Below are positions 11,855-21,286 of a stretch of 64,000 bases of DNA, one piece after another. This DNA is from Kiritimatiellia bacterium. GTDB taxonomy: Bacteria; Verrucomicrobiota; Kiritimatiellia; RFP12; UBA1067. Both the position numbers and the translations under genes were made by a program. Positions within the stretch are counted from its first letter, which is position 1. Every line of letters begins with the position of its first letter. The notes beneath the pieces were generated by a model that was given only the letters and a program-made list of their open reading frames with translations, was not told the DNA's origin and searched no databases. The stretch spans positions 13,588-77,587 of the forward strand of contig JAWOEI010000081.1 in NCBI GenBank assembly GCA_046482825.1, written 5' to 3'.

Positions 11855-13882
11855 TTAATCTGCGGAAGCAAAAGAACCTACAAAATCTTCATCACCTTTA
11901 TACGTATATACAAACTCCTTATCAGAAGACACACAAGTCATCAGCGGAAGCGAGGCGCTGTCGCCGGAGGAACGGGGAAGATAAGTGACGGCACAGGCTC
12001 TGACAGGGCGGTTGATCCTATCGCTTTCAAGTACCCTGTGCCCCGCCCAGGTATAACGTTCGGTGCGGTCACCGAGACGGCGATACCATCCTTTGAGTTT
12101 TCCGTCATCCGTATATGAATAGAGATCTTTCCAAGGTTTATGAACCGACAAAGCCGGATCCATATAGCGCTTGTCGGGATTGTTATAGTCAATAGATACA
12201 ATTTTTTCCTCATCATAGACCCTCTCTTCAGATGCGATATTATAAACCGAAACAATGGAGGGGGCGGAGTAATATTTACTGCCTTTCACAAAACAGCCTA
12301 TATCCACCCGGCTGCTCATCAGGCTTTCAGGAAGGCCATCCCTGCCTCTGGGACGATAAAATCCGTGCCACGCAACCGAAATCTCAACACGATCCCCGTT
12401 TTCAGACAGCTTTTTTATCTCGACCTTGGAGGGATCCCCCTGAAGCAGCACCCAGCGGTACTCCTGACTTCCTCTGGGCAGTGAGCGCGCCTGAATTGTC
12501 ATGGTTTTTCGATATGCTTTGCCCCGGGCAATGCGGCCGGTACATACGGGGGTATTAAACAGAACCTCAGGCCTCTGATCAAAATAGTCTATACCCGGCA
12601 CTGACTTATTTTCGCGTATAACCTGAAGCCTTACGGGAGGAACCACCTCATCCGGACGCAGGCTGTGCGCCATTTTCACAAGATCAGTCACATTCATATC
12701 AGATGGTTCAAAAACCACAGGGTGGGCGGCACCGCTTAAATAGTCGGACGGCTTGGTTATACGGTTTGATGTGTAGCGCATCATCATCTGAACGGTCGGT
12801 CCGATAAGATCAGAAGAGATCAGAACTTTTTTTGTATCAGAAGGAAGAGCAGCCAGGGCCGCCAGATACCCCCGCACGAAAGTTTTATCCTTGAAGGAAG
12901 ACCCGCGGACAACAGTAAAGAACGGTGCGTTCACAGGAAAGAGATCTCCCTTTCCAGGATCGAAATCCTTATGCCCGGGATACACCCATAGCTGGTTGGA
13001 CATATACAGCCGGCACTGTTGCACGGCTGAAAACTGATCACATAAAGCCGCGCGGGGCAGACTTCTCCAGAAAGGGCCCTGCGTCATAGCCATGGAACTG
13101 TTGCCCACCAGCGGATACTCGAAAAGCGTATTGGGAAGATTCCTGTCTGCTCCGGCTTCTTTGGCTTCCTTGCAGTACACAACCGGTGTCAGTTTAGGAA
13201 AATCCTCGACGCCCGCTTTTGAATGACCGCGATCACGGTTCATATAGAGGTCGCCGGAATTTCCGGAAGCACTCCCCTCTTTCATCCAGGTCCGGATAAG
13301 ATCGCTGGCAGGCCCTTTGTAGGTGTTTGCATCGGCTTTTTTCCGCATGGACGGCCGGATAATTCTGAACATACTCTTGAAACAACCCTGATCCATATCC
13401 CACACTGTATTGGACGGATTAATCTCAAAGGGCAGTCCGGCCAATACCGATACAGGCTTGATTCGGGCGGCACCGGGAACGGGTTCTCCCCGCAATTTTT
13501 CCGCTTTATCAATAATTTCAGCAAAACGCGGTTCATTTTCCAGCTGTTTGAGGTCATTATCATTTCTGATCGCATCCGGATTACGGAACCCCAGATCCAC
13601 GGCTTTTTCCAGAGTGTCCAGAGCCTCACTCTTATCGGTTTTATAGGCAAGCGCACAGGCCAGATTGTAGGTCCAGGTTGCATCTCCAGGCATTATCTCT
13701 ACCGCCCTGCGGCAGACTTGCTCCATTTTTTCAATATCCCCGGAACGCATTGCCTGAACCATACGGTGAAGCAGGAGGGTATGCTGTCTGAATTCACGCG
13801 GTTTTTCAAAAAGCGGAGTTTCGGCTGAAACGGCAAAGACGCAACAGAACAGCAAAGCTGGAATTGTTATTTTCAGTTTCAT
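11855..13882 (-). CDS. Secreted protein with an N-terminal TPR-like region and a large domain of unknown function.
   Basis: Start placed at MKLKITIPALLFCC (signal peptide) with the Shine-Dalgarno sequence AGGAGA. No recognisable catalytic motifs. Confidence 0.5.
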   Translation of the reverse strand: MKLKITIPALLFCCVFAVSAETPLFEKPREFRQHTLLLHRMVQAMRSGDIEKMEQVCRRAVEIMPGDATWTYNLACALAYKTDKSEALDTLEKAVDLGFRNPDAIRNDNDLKQLENEPRFAEIIDKAEKLRGEPVPGAARIKPVSVLAGLPFEINPSNTVWDMDQGCFKSMFRIIRPSMRKKADANTYKGPASDLIRTWMKEGSASGNSGDLYMNRDRGHSKAGVEDFPKLTPVVYCKEAKEAGADRNLPNTLFEYPLVGNSSMAMTQGPFWRSLPRAALCDQFSAVQQCRLYMSNQLWVYPGHKDFDPGKGDLFPVNAPFFTVVRGSSFKDKTFVRGYLAALAALPSDTKKVLISSDLIGPTVQMMMRYTSNRITKPSDYLSGAAHPVVFEPSDMNVTDLVKMAHSLRPDEVVPPVRLQVIRENKSVPGIDYFDQRPEVLFNTPVCTGRIARGKAYRKTMTIQARSLPRGSQEYRWVLLQGDPSKVEIKKLSENGDRVEISVAWHGFYRPRGRDGLPESLMSSRVDIGCFVKGSKYYSAPSIVSVYNIASEERVYDEEKIVSIDYNNPDKRYMDPALSVHKPWKDLYSYTDDGKLKGWYRRLGDRTERYTWAGHRVLESDRINRPVRACAVTYLPRSSGDSASLPLMTCVSSDKEFVYTYKGDEDFVGSFASAD

Positions 13883-13971
13883 ATGGTTCTCCTGATTTTT
13901 TTTTGCACAGGGCAAAGAAAAAACGGCGTATGCTCCATGTTCTATGCCATTCGAGCATTCGCGCACTACTC

Positions 13972-14772
13972 TCATCTCTGCCAGAATTTCCACCAGGGTT
14001 TCCTGGCGGTCTTTTTCTGATCAAAGAGCCATCTGATCATTTCCGTATCACGGTAGGCTTTATCCCACGAATTATGCTTGACTCCGGGATATTCCGTATA
14101 AAAGACTTTACGGCAGCCTGCATCACGCATAGCCCTGACCATACGCCGTGAACACTCCACACTGACATTCCTGTCCTTATCTCCATGAAAAATCCAGACA
14201 GGGAGCCCTCTGAGTTTTCTGACTTCATGCACATCACCCCCTCCGCAGATCGGAACTGCAGCCGCAAAAACATCAGGATAACGCATAACGGCCTCCCATG
14301 TGGCGAAACCACCCAGAGAAAGTCCTGTAATATATATCCTGTCTGCATCTACAGGTCTGGTTTTCCTGACATGATCAATCAACTCCATAAGCACTTCCAG
14401 AGAAGGCATGGGGTTACCCGCCATTCTGTAGGAGGGACTCATAGCAAGTCTTTTAACCCACCAGTTTCCTCTCTGGCATTGCGGTGCCATCACAATGGCC
14501 TGTATGTTCAGCAACCGAAGACTTTTCAGCAGATTCGGCAGACCGAGCCTGATATGACTTTTGTTATCAACACCGCATTCGCCGGAGCCGTGCAGAAAAA
14601 CAATCAGCGGATACTTTCTGTCTTCATCCGGATACTGCGGAAACTTCATACGCCATCTGAAGATTTCGCCGACATCATTGGTGTACGCGCAGAAATGCAT
14701 CTGTTCTTCAACCGCGAACTGCGCCAGAACGGGAAAAGCGATGATGGAAAATAGAGTGATAAGTCTTTTCAT
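13972..14772 (-). CDS. Secreted alpha/beta-hydrolase (esterase/lipase or dienelactone hydrolase-like).
   Basis: Signal peptide, GLSLGG nucleophile elbow (GxSxG) and downstream His/Asp candidates. 266 aa. Confidence 0.65.
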   Translation of the reverse strand: MKRLITLFSIIAFPVLAQFAVEEQMHFCAYTNDVGEIFRWRMKFPQYPDEDRKYPLIVFLHGSGECGVDNKSHIRLGLPNLLKSLRLLNIQAIVMAPQCQRGNWWVKRLAMSPSYRMAGNPMPSLEVLMELIDHVRKTRPVDADRIYITGLSLGGFATWEAVMRYPDVFAAAVPICGGGDVHEVRKLRGLPVWIFHGDKDRNVSVECSRRMVRAMRDAGCRKVFYTEYPGVKHNSWDKAYRDTEMIRWLFDQKKTARKPWWKFWQR

Positions 14773-14924
14773 TGGTTTACGGGTATTCTCTCAACTCCTG
14801 TCACAAAATTCAAGAAAGTTAAAAGTCCGCTTTCTGCAATATACTCCATATTTAATCTGAATAGACTTTTAAGATAGCTCCTGTTACCATATCAGACATC
14901 AAAAACAGCGATATCATAAACAAG

Positions 14925-16748
14925 ATGGAAATGAATACGGAGAAACAGTGCAGAAAACCGGTCAGTCTGGTTGAACCCCGATCGCTCAAACTCATCCTCC
15001 CGCCCGGGGGATTCAAGCTTGAGAAAGGCGGGGTTTTACCAGAAATCACGGTAACATACGAAACATGCGGTGAGTTGAACACAGACAAAAACAACGCTGT
15101 TTTTATATGTCATGCTCTGACAGGTGATGCCCACGCCGCGGGGACCTATGACGAAGAGCAGGAACCTGACGGCTGGTGGGAAGGGATGGTAGGCCTTGGA
15201 AAAGGAATCGATACGAACCGGTATCAGGTGATATGTGCCAACATTCTGGGAGGGTGCAAGGGCACAACAGGCCCTTCATCCATCAACCCTGAAACAGGCC
15301 GAATTTACGGTTCGGATTTTCCTAAAATCACTGTAGGTGACATAATTGAAGTCCACCGTCTTTTTCTAAAACAGATAGGCATCACAAAACTGGAAGCCGT
15401 AGTAGGCGGCAGTTTCGGCGGAATGCAGATACTGGAATGGCTGATACGCTACAGTGACGAAATCAGACACGCGGTAATAATCGCCTCTGCCACTTCACTC
15501 ACAACCCAGGCTCTGGCTTTCGATATAGTGGGACGTCATGCAATAACCGCCGACCCGAACTGGAACAACGGTGACTACTACGACAAAAAGGATATGCCTG
15601 TCACCGGTTTGTCCGGAGCACGGAAACTGGCTCATATCACCTATCTTTCCCAGCAGCTGATGTCCACCAAATTCGGGCGTGACAAAAGAAAAGAGTGGAT
15701 AGAGGCTGACGACGAATTCCGCAGACTCAAAGAAAACCGGTTTGAAACCTATTTCCAGATTGAAAGCTACCTTGAACATCAGGGCAACAAATTCATCCAG
15801 AGGTTTGACGCCAATTCCTACCTGCATATAACTCTGGCCATGGATGAATATGACATCGAGGAGCATTACGGCTCTCTGGAAAAGGCCTTTGAGAAAATCT
15901 CATCCCGCATGCTGGTGGTTTCTCTCAGCGGAGACTGGCTCTTCACACGGAAACAGTCCACAGACATTGTCAAAGCATTGGTCAGTACAAACAAAAGAGT
16001 TTCTTACTTCCACCTGGAAGGTGAAGCAGGACATGACGCATTTTTAACGCACATTAATGATCTCAAACGCATCATCAGATCTTTTTTGAATCCTCAGAAC
16101 CAAGTGCCTTCAGTGGCACACCCCGGAAAAATGATTGAACCGGACAAACTTGCAAGATTCAAAGAAATTCTCAATCTGATTCCTGACGGGAGCAGAGTGC
16201 TTGACCTCGGTTGCGGAAAAGGATCCTTTCTCAATATGCTCAAGCATCACCACAATATAAGCGGTATAGGCGTTGAAATCGATATTGATTCTCTCATCAA
16301 GGCACTCAAAAAAGAGTGTGACGTTCTGCTGGAAGATATTGATGACGGTCTCGCCATAATCCCTGACAACGCTTTTGATGTCGCGGTGCTGAGTGAAACA
16401 CTACAGACAATAAAACGGCCGCGTGTTCTTCTGCAGCAGATTTTAAGAGTAGCCGATAAAGCGGTGATTTCCTTCCCGAACTTCGCAGCGCTGGGTGTTC
16501 GTATCAACCTGCTCTTTCATGGCCGCATGCCGAAAGGACGACAGATCCCGTATGAGTGGTATAACACGCCCAATATACATCTTTTCACGCTGAAGGATTT
16601 TTTTGACCTATGCGAGAAAGAAAACATAAAAATTGAATCGGTAATATGCAAAGGCAGCGGACCGACAGAAAACGCGCTGCTTAAACTGGGCTTCAGGAAC
16701 GCTGGCGCATCCAGCGTGATCGCACATATTTCAAAGAAAAACAGCTGA
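14925..16748 (+). CDS. metXW: Fusion of homoserine O-acetyltransferase (MetX) with the MetW methyltransferase-like protein.
   Basis: N-terminal ~380 aa are MetX (GGSFGGMQ nucleophile elbow). C-terminal ~200 aa are MetW (SRVLDLGCGKGSFL SAM-binding motif, MetW-like tail). They form one continuous ORF. Confidence 0.8.
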   Translation: MEMNTEKQCRKPVSLVEPRSLKLILPPGGFKLEKGGVLPEITVTYETCGELNTDKNNAVFICHALTGDAHAAGTYDEEQEPDGWWEGMVGLGKGIDTNRYQVICANILGGCKGTTGPSSINPETGRIYGSDFPKITVGDIIEVHRLFLKQIGITKLEAVVGGSFGGMQILEWLIRYSDEIRHAVIIASATSLTTQALAFDIVGRHAITADPNWNNGDYYDKKDMPVTGLSGARKLAHITYLSQQLMSTKFGRDKRKEWIEADDEFRRLKENRFETYFQIESYLEHQGNKFIQRFDANSYLHITLAMDEYDIEEHYGSLEKAFEKISSRMLVVSLSGDWLFTRKQSTDIVKALVSTNKRVSYFHLEGEAGHDAFLTHINDLKRIIRSFLNPQNQVPSVAHPGKMIEPDKLARFKEILNLIPDGSRVLDLGCGKGSFLNMLKHHHNISGIGVEIDIDSLIKALKKECDVLLEDIDDGLAIIPDNAFDVAVLSETLQTIKRPRVLLQQILRVADKAVISFPNFAALGVRINLLFHGRMPKGRQIPYEWYNTPNIHLFTLKDFFDLCEKENIKIESVICKGSGPTENALLKLGFRNAGASSVIAHISKKNS

Positions 16749-16862
16749 ACATATAACCCATTGCTACGCAATTTGTTAAATCACATTTTATCAAGATCAG
16801 AAGTAATATTTCAAACCATGCCCGTTATGGTATTTGTGGTTGCATTTTAAAGTGAGGCAGAT

Positions 16863-17771
16863 ATGAAAAAATGGACTGACAGACAGATAAGCGAATTATG
16901 TGACGCCCTTGGACCATGTAACGGTCTGACGCTGGCAAACACAGAGAGGGAGGTCAACCTACCCGGAACAGCGGCTATCATCAAGCTTCTGGAAAAATTT
17001 CTGGCAGTACTCTACCCCGGATGTCATTCCAGTCATCCTGTTAAATGCAGCGACTGCCAGCACTTTATCAATGACCTTTTGAAGGAAGTTCTCGAGGAGC
17101 TTTACGATCAGGTCTATCGAGCTTATGACCATATATGCCGCATGCAGAACTGCGCCGGCTGCGAAGAATGCAGGGTCAAAGCCGGAAATGCGGTGAATTC
17201 GCTGATGAATGAACTGCCCGGAATACGCGAAATGCTTCAGCAGGACATCAAAGCCGCTTACGATGGTGACCCTGCCGCCCGTTCAACAATGGAGATAGTT
17301 ATGAGCTATCCCGGTATTTTCGCAATAACCGCACACCGCATCGCCCACTCGCTTTATCAGCACGAGGTTCCCCTGATCCCGCGCGTAATAAGCGAACATG
17401 CGCACTCTAAAACAGGTATTGATATACATCCCGGAGCAAATATCGGTCCGGGGTTCTTTATCGATCACGGAACCGGAGTGGTTATCGGTGAAACCTGCAA
17501 CATCGGCAGACATGTCAAAATATACCAGGGAGTGACCCTGGGTGCACTGAGTTTTGACAAAGATGAAGAAGGCCGGCTCATAAAAGGCAACAAAAGGCAT
17601 CCTGATGTGGAGGATGACGTCATCATCTATGCCGGTGCAACTATTCTGGGGGGCAGCACCACTATCGGCAAAGGCACGGTAATCGGCGGTAATGTCTGGC
17701 TGATACACTCCGTCCCTCCGGGAACAAAGGTTTATAACAAGCAACCTTCGCCGGAGATTAAAGGAGGATAA
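16863..17771 (+). CDS. cysE: Serine O-acetyltransferase (long form).
   Basis: Left-handed beta-helix hexapeptide repeats (GIDIHPGANIGPGFFIDHGTGVVIGE) and a SAT N-terminal helical domain. Confidence 0.85.
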   Translation: MKKWTDRQISELCDALGPCNGLTLANTEREVNLPGTAAIIKLLEKFLAVLYPGCHSSHPVKCSDCQHFINDLLKEVLEELYDQVYRAYDHICRMQNCAGCEECRVKAGNAVNSLMNELPGIREMLQQDIKAAYDGDPAARSTMEIVMSYPGIFAITAHRIAHSLYQHEVPLIPRVISEHAHSKTGIDIHPGANIGPGFFIDHGTGVVIGETCNIGRHVKIYQGVTLGALSFDKDEEGRLIKGNKRHPDVEDDVIIYAGATILGGSTTIGKGTVIGGNVWLIHSVPPGTKVYNKQPSPEIKGG

Positions 17772-17826
17772 TCCCGGATCTCTTTTATTTCGCTTACATC
17801 ATTCAACAAAAACTGGAGGATCAGTT

Positions 17827-18171
17827 ATGATAGTCAGAAAACACATCAATGCAGATGTGATGGCAAATGCCCACAAAGTCGATGCAAGGAATCTTTACAA
17901 CTCGCCTGATCTGATGGTCAGCATTATCACTCTCAAACCCGGTGAGGCATTAAAACAGCATATAACCCCTGTGGATGTAGCATTTTATGTGCTTGACGGA
18001 ACAGGCACTGTTGAAATTGGCGAGGAGAAACAAACAGTTGGGAAAGATACTTTAATCGAAAGTCCTAAAGGTATTATGCACTGCTGGTATAACCAAAGCG
18101 GCGGGACATTGAAATTCATGGTGATCAAAGCCCCACGTCCTACAGAAAAGACTGTCTTTATTGACAACTGA
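17827..18171 (+). CDS. Cupin-domain protein.
   Basis: 114 aa with the conserved cupin two-motif beta-barrel pattern (G..H.H......E....G). Confidence 0.55.
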   Translation: MIVRKHINADVMANAHKVDARNLYNSPDLMVSIITLKPGEALKQHITPVDVAFYVLDGTGTVEIGEEKQTVGKDTLIESPKGIMHCWYNQSGGTLKFMVIKAPRPTEKTVFIDN

Positions 18172-18319
18172 TCAGCCGGAACATCCTCTGGGAGGGTTCC
18201 AATCTGCTAATCGCTGCCGACTGCACCGCGGTTACCTGCCCGGACCTTCATGCCGATCTGCTTTAAAAGATAAATACGCACAGATTTTCACCTGTGAATT
18301 CCGGCTGAAACGGCATGCA

Positions 18320-18766
18320 TCAATAGCCGCTGCTGAGATATTGCCCCGGCGAAGCAACCCATACTGCCAGTTCCGCCCCCAGTTCAGCCGGCTCAAACCG
18401 GATTTCATCCAGCTGATCAAACGGCTGCCATATAAAACCGATCCAGTCTTCAACAGATTCCGGCTGCCTGTCCGCATCCAGCCCTGATACATCCAGCTGG
18501 TAAACCAGATTAACTTCGGCATGTCGTCTGCCGTTCTGTATAAACCAGTGCTCACAGCAGCCGAGAAACTGACCAGCAACAGACTTCAGCCCCATCTCTT
18601 CTTCGATCTCACGCTCAAGCGCCTGTTTTCCGTTTTCCCCGAAATCCACATGTCCACCCGGCAGATAAGCTATACCCGACTTACGACCGAAACATAGCAG
18701 AATCCTTTTGTTTCTGATGCAGACACCCCGCGCAATCACCTCAATATACCTGTTCTTATCCATCAT
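18320..18766 (-). CDS. NUDIX hydrolase.
   Basis: Nudix box GHVDFGENGKQALEREIEEEMGL. The start was chosen at MMDKN, which has an AGAGGA Shine-Dalgarno sequence. Confidence 0.8.
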   Translation of the reverse strand: MMDKNRYIEVIARGVCIRNKRILLCFGRKSGIAYLPGGHVDFGENGKQALEREIEEEMGLKSVAGQFLGCCEHWFIQNGRRHAEVNLVYQLDVSGLDADRQPESVEDWIGFIWQPFDQLDEIRFEPAELGAELAVWVASPGQYLSSGY

Positions 18767-18820
18767 AATGCATCCTCTGATCATCGCATGTGCTTATCGC
18801 AATATGCCTTCACTGAACAA

Positions 18821-20191
18821 TTAAATACATGATTTTCCATCTCTGACGCTGTGCGTTTTACGGCTTAAAAAACCTTCGTTCATCCCCCTGTCCTGTCCGC
18901 CTGGCCCCTGAAACAGTTCCAGAACTTCAGCCACCAGAAAAAGTGAACCGGTTACCAGAACTGCCCCACCCTCTTTAACAGCACATAATTCCGCCGATCT
19001 CACAGCGGCCTCAACAGATTTGAGTGCCTCAACATCACGCAGACCAGCCGAATGCATCAGTCCTGCGCATTGCTCCTTTGATAAAGAACGCACATTGTCA
19101 ATTTCAACGGCAAACCCTTTTTTTACAATGACCTGCAGTTTCTTGAGAAAATCCACAACGTTCTTCTCACTGCAAAATCCCGCTACCAGAAACACATGAT
19201 CCTTTATACCGTTCCGTCTTAAAGACAGCGATAACGCCGCAGCCGCATCAGGATTATGAGCCCCGTCAAGGATCACAAGCGGATTCTCACTGACTCTGTG
19301 GAATCGTCCCGGCCAGCTGACAGTAGAAAGTCCTTCGGCAAAAGCACAGTCATCAATCCTGATTCCGAGATCATGCACCACTTCCAGAGCACATACAGCT
19401 GCGGCTATATTCTCAAGATGGAAACAGGCTGCCAACGGGGTTGTAATCTTCGGAAGGTCACGGGTGTCTGTTGAAATTTTTACTGTCTGTGCGGAAAGAT
19501 CACCGGATATGCGTGCAAGCGAAACCCTCTCCTCCGCCGAAATACAGGGCGCTCCGAGATCTCCGGCACGGGCGGAAAGAACAGAAACAACATCACTGCT
19601 GTTTTTCGCAACCACGACAGGCCTTCCCGACTTGATAATACCCCCCTTTTCAAAAGCGATCTCAGCAGGAGTATTTCCCAGCCATTCACAGTGATCCAAT
19701 CCGACACGGGTTATAACAGACACCACAGGTTCCACCACATTGGTTGCATCAAAACGTCCACCCAGTCCGGTCTCCAGCACAACCAGCTTGATACCGGCAT
19801 CCCTGAAAAGCAGAAAGGCCAGGGCAGTCATGGCTTCAAAAAAGCTAATGCGAAGATCGTTTGCCTCCTCTATCTTGCGGATGGCTGCGCAGACCTGCTC
19901 CGCCCCGGCCACAAGACACTCGTCGGAAACGGGGGAACCGTTTATAAGAAAACGTTCATTGACAGAATTCAAATGCGGGGATGTATAACGCCCCACCGGA
20001 TAACCGGCTGCGCGCAGCACCGCTTCGCAAACCGCAGCCACGCTTCCCTTGCCGTTGGTACCCGCAATATGAATGGCCGCAACAGCAAGATGCGGATTCC
20101 CCAAAGATTCGAGAAGTAAACCCGTCTTCTCCAGGCCGGGCTTCATCCCGAAACGGCGCCGTTCAGTTAACTCTTTTAAAACCGGGTGCAT
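18821..20191 (-). CDS. folC: Bifunctional folylpolyglutamate synthase / dihydrofolate synthase.
   Basis: Mur-ligase-family P-loop (IAGTNGKGS) and FolC-like N- and C-domains. The start at MHPVLK has a GAGGTG Shine-Dalgarno sequence. Confidence 0.85.
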   Translation of the reverse strand: MHPVLKELTERRRFGMKPGLEKTGLLLESLGNPHLAVAAIHIAGTNGKGSVAAVCEAVLRAAGYPVGRYTSPHLNSVNERFLINGSPVSDECLVAGAEQVCAAIRKIEEANDLRISFFEAMTALAFLLFRDAGIKLVVLETGLGGRFDATNVVEPVVSVITRVGLDHCEWLGNTPAEIAFEKGGIIKSGRPVVVAKNSSDVVSVLSARAGDLGAPCISAEERVSLARISGDLSAQTVKISTDTRDLPKITTPLAACFHLENIAAAVCALEVVHDLGIRIDDCAFAEGLSTVSWPGRFHRVSENPLVILDGAHNPDAAAALSLSLRRNGIKDHVFLVAGFCSEKNVVDFLKKLQVIVKKGFAVEIDNVRSLSKEQCAGLMHSAGLRDVEALKSVEAAVRSAELCAVKEGGAVLVTGSLFLVAEVLELFQGPGGQDRGMNEGFLSRKTHSVRDGKSCI

Positions 20192-20482
20192 ACCACCTCT
20201 TCTGGCATTTTTTGACAGCCGAAAAAACAACGGAAAAAAACAGAAAATACGTTAGAAGTATATCAAAGCGCTGCCTGTCGGGCGAGAATCAATCTTCTCC
20301 GGATATTCAATTTCAACTTCCTTAAAATTTTTATATAATAACGATAGATCAGTTCCTGAAATAAGTCGGAGGCAAACCCGCCGGAACCGCGACTCCGCAC
20401 TTTATGAATGAGATTTACCGGAGGAAGAATAAGTACGCATTTTTGCATTACATCCCGGCTGAACAGATCAAAAAGGAATACA

Positions 20483-21193
20483 ATGAAACTTATAGCCAGT
20501 ACCGCAGTCATCTGTCTTGTCGTAGGCGCATCGGTTTTTACAACCCGCAAGATGATTCAGACTGAAGCCCGCAAAACTCGCAGATCAATGCCGGAAATCC
20601 TGAACACCCCGCTGGAAAACGGCAATTCCCTCATTTCTGAAATTGACAAGCTGAATTCCCTGCTGGGTTCAATCGACAGAAAACTAACCCGACTGGAAGA
20701 TGTCACCGGCAGAAAAACTGAAAAAAACGCCGCTGAAATCATTAAATCAACATCCCGGATACAACTGGAAATCAAACACCTCACTGCACAGATGAATGCC
20801 ATTGCTGAAGAGCGGAACGAGCTTAACGCAATCCCTGAACAGTTCCGGATTATGAACGCCAACCTGCAGAATGCGGTAAACGCAATAAACATAAATGCAA
20901 AAGAACAAACCGACTCATCAACACCGCCGGAGATTATTACAGCTCTGGACTGGATGATCGAAAAAATTGATCATATCGACGGGTATTTTCCCCCTTTGTA
21001 CAGCTTTCTGGGTGCCGTTGACAGCGGAGATCAGGCTGTATTATCTGAATATCCATCTATGGATACACGCATAAATGAAGTTTTACTTTTGCTGGAAAAA
21101 GTACTGGAAGATACCACAGCCACACGCAAACTGGTAACTCCTTATATAATTGAACCGGAAAAACGGCCCCGACCTTTCGAAACGGAAAATTAA
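20483..21193 (+). CDS. Hypothetical membrane-anchored coiled-coil protein.
   Basis: N-terminal TM (LIASTAVICLVVGASVF) followed by heptad-rich coiled-coil sequence. A Shine-Dalgarno sequence (aggaa) precedes the ATG. Confidence 0.5.
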   Translation: MKLIASTAVICLVVGASVFTTRKMIQTEARKTRRSMPEILNTPLENGNSLISEIDKLNSLLGSIDRKLTRLEDVTGRKTEKNAAEIIKSTSRIQLEIKHLTAQMNAIAEERNELNAIPEQFRIMNANLQNAVNAININAKEQTDSSTPPEIITALDWMIEKIDHIDGYFPPLYSFLGAVDSGDQAVLSEYPSMDTRINEVLLLLEKVLEDTTATRKLVTPYIIEPEKRPRPFETEN

Positions 21194-21286
21194 AGCAATC
21201 CGGAATCCGTCTCGAACTTGCTACAGAACACCCTCTATGATATTATTGGCTTCCGTTTTTTCAAACAACAACCCGGTGGAGCACTG

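Noticed and set aside
13223-13828. 201-aa plus-strand ORF antisense to the TPR/unknown secreted protein gene.
   Set aside because: It has no Shine-Dalgarno sequence and lies antisense within a long supported CDS.
14773-14924. Looked for a SAM riboswitch upstream of metXW.
   Set aside because: The region is only ~150 bp, and no conserved SAM-I/SAM-II core sequences or pairing elements are visible.
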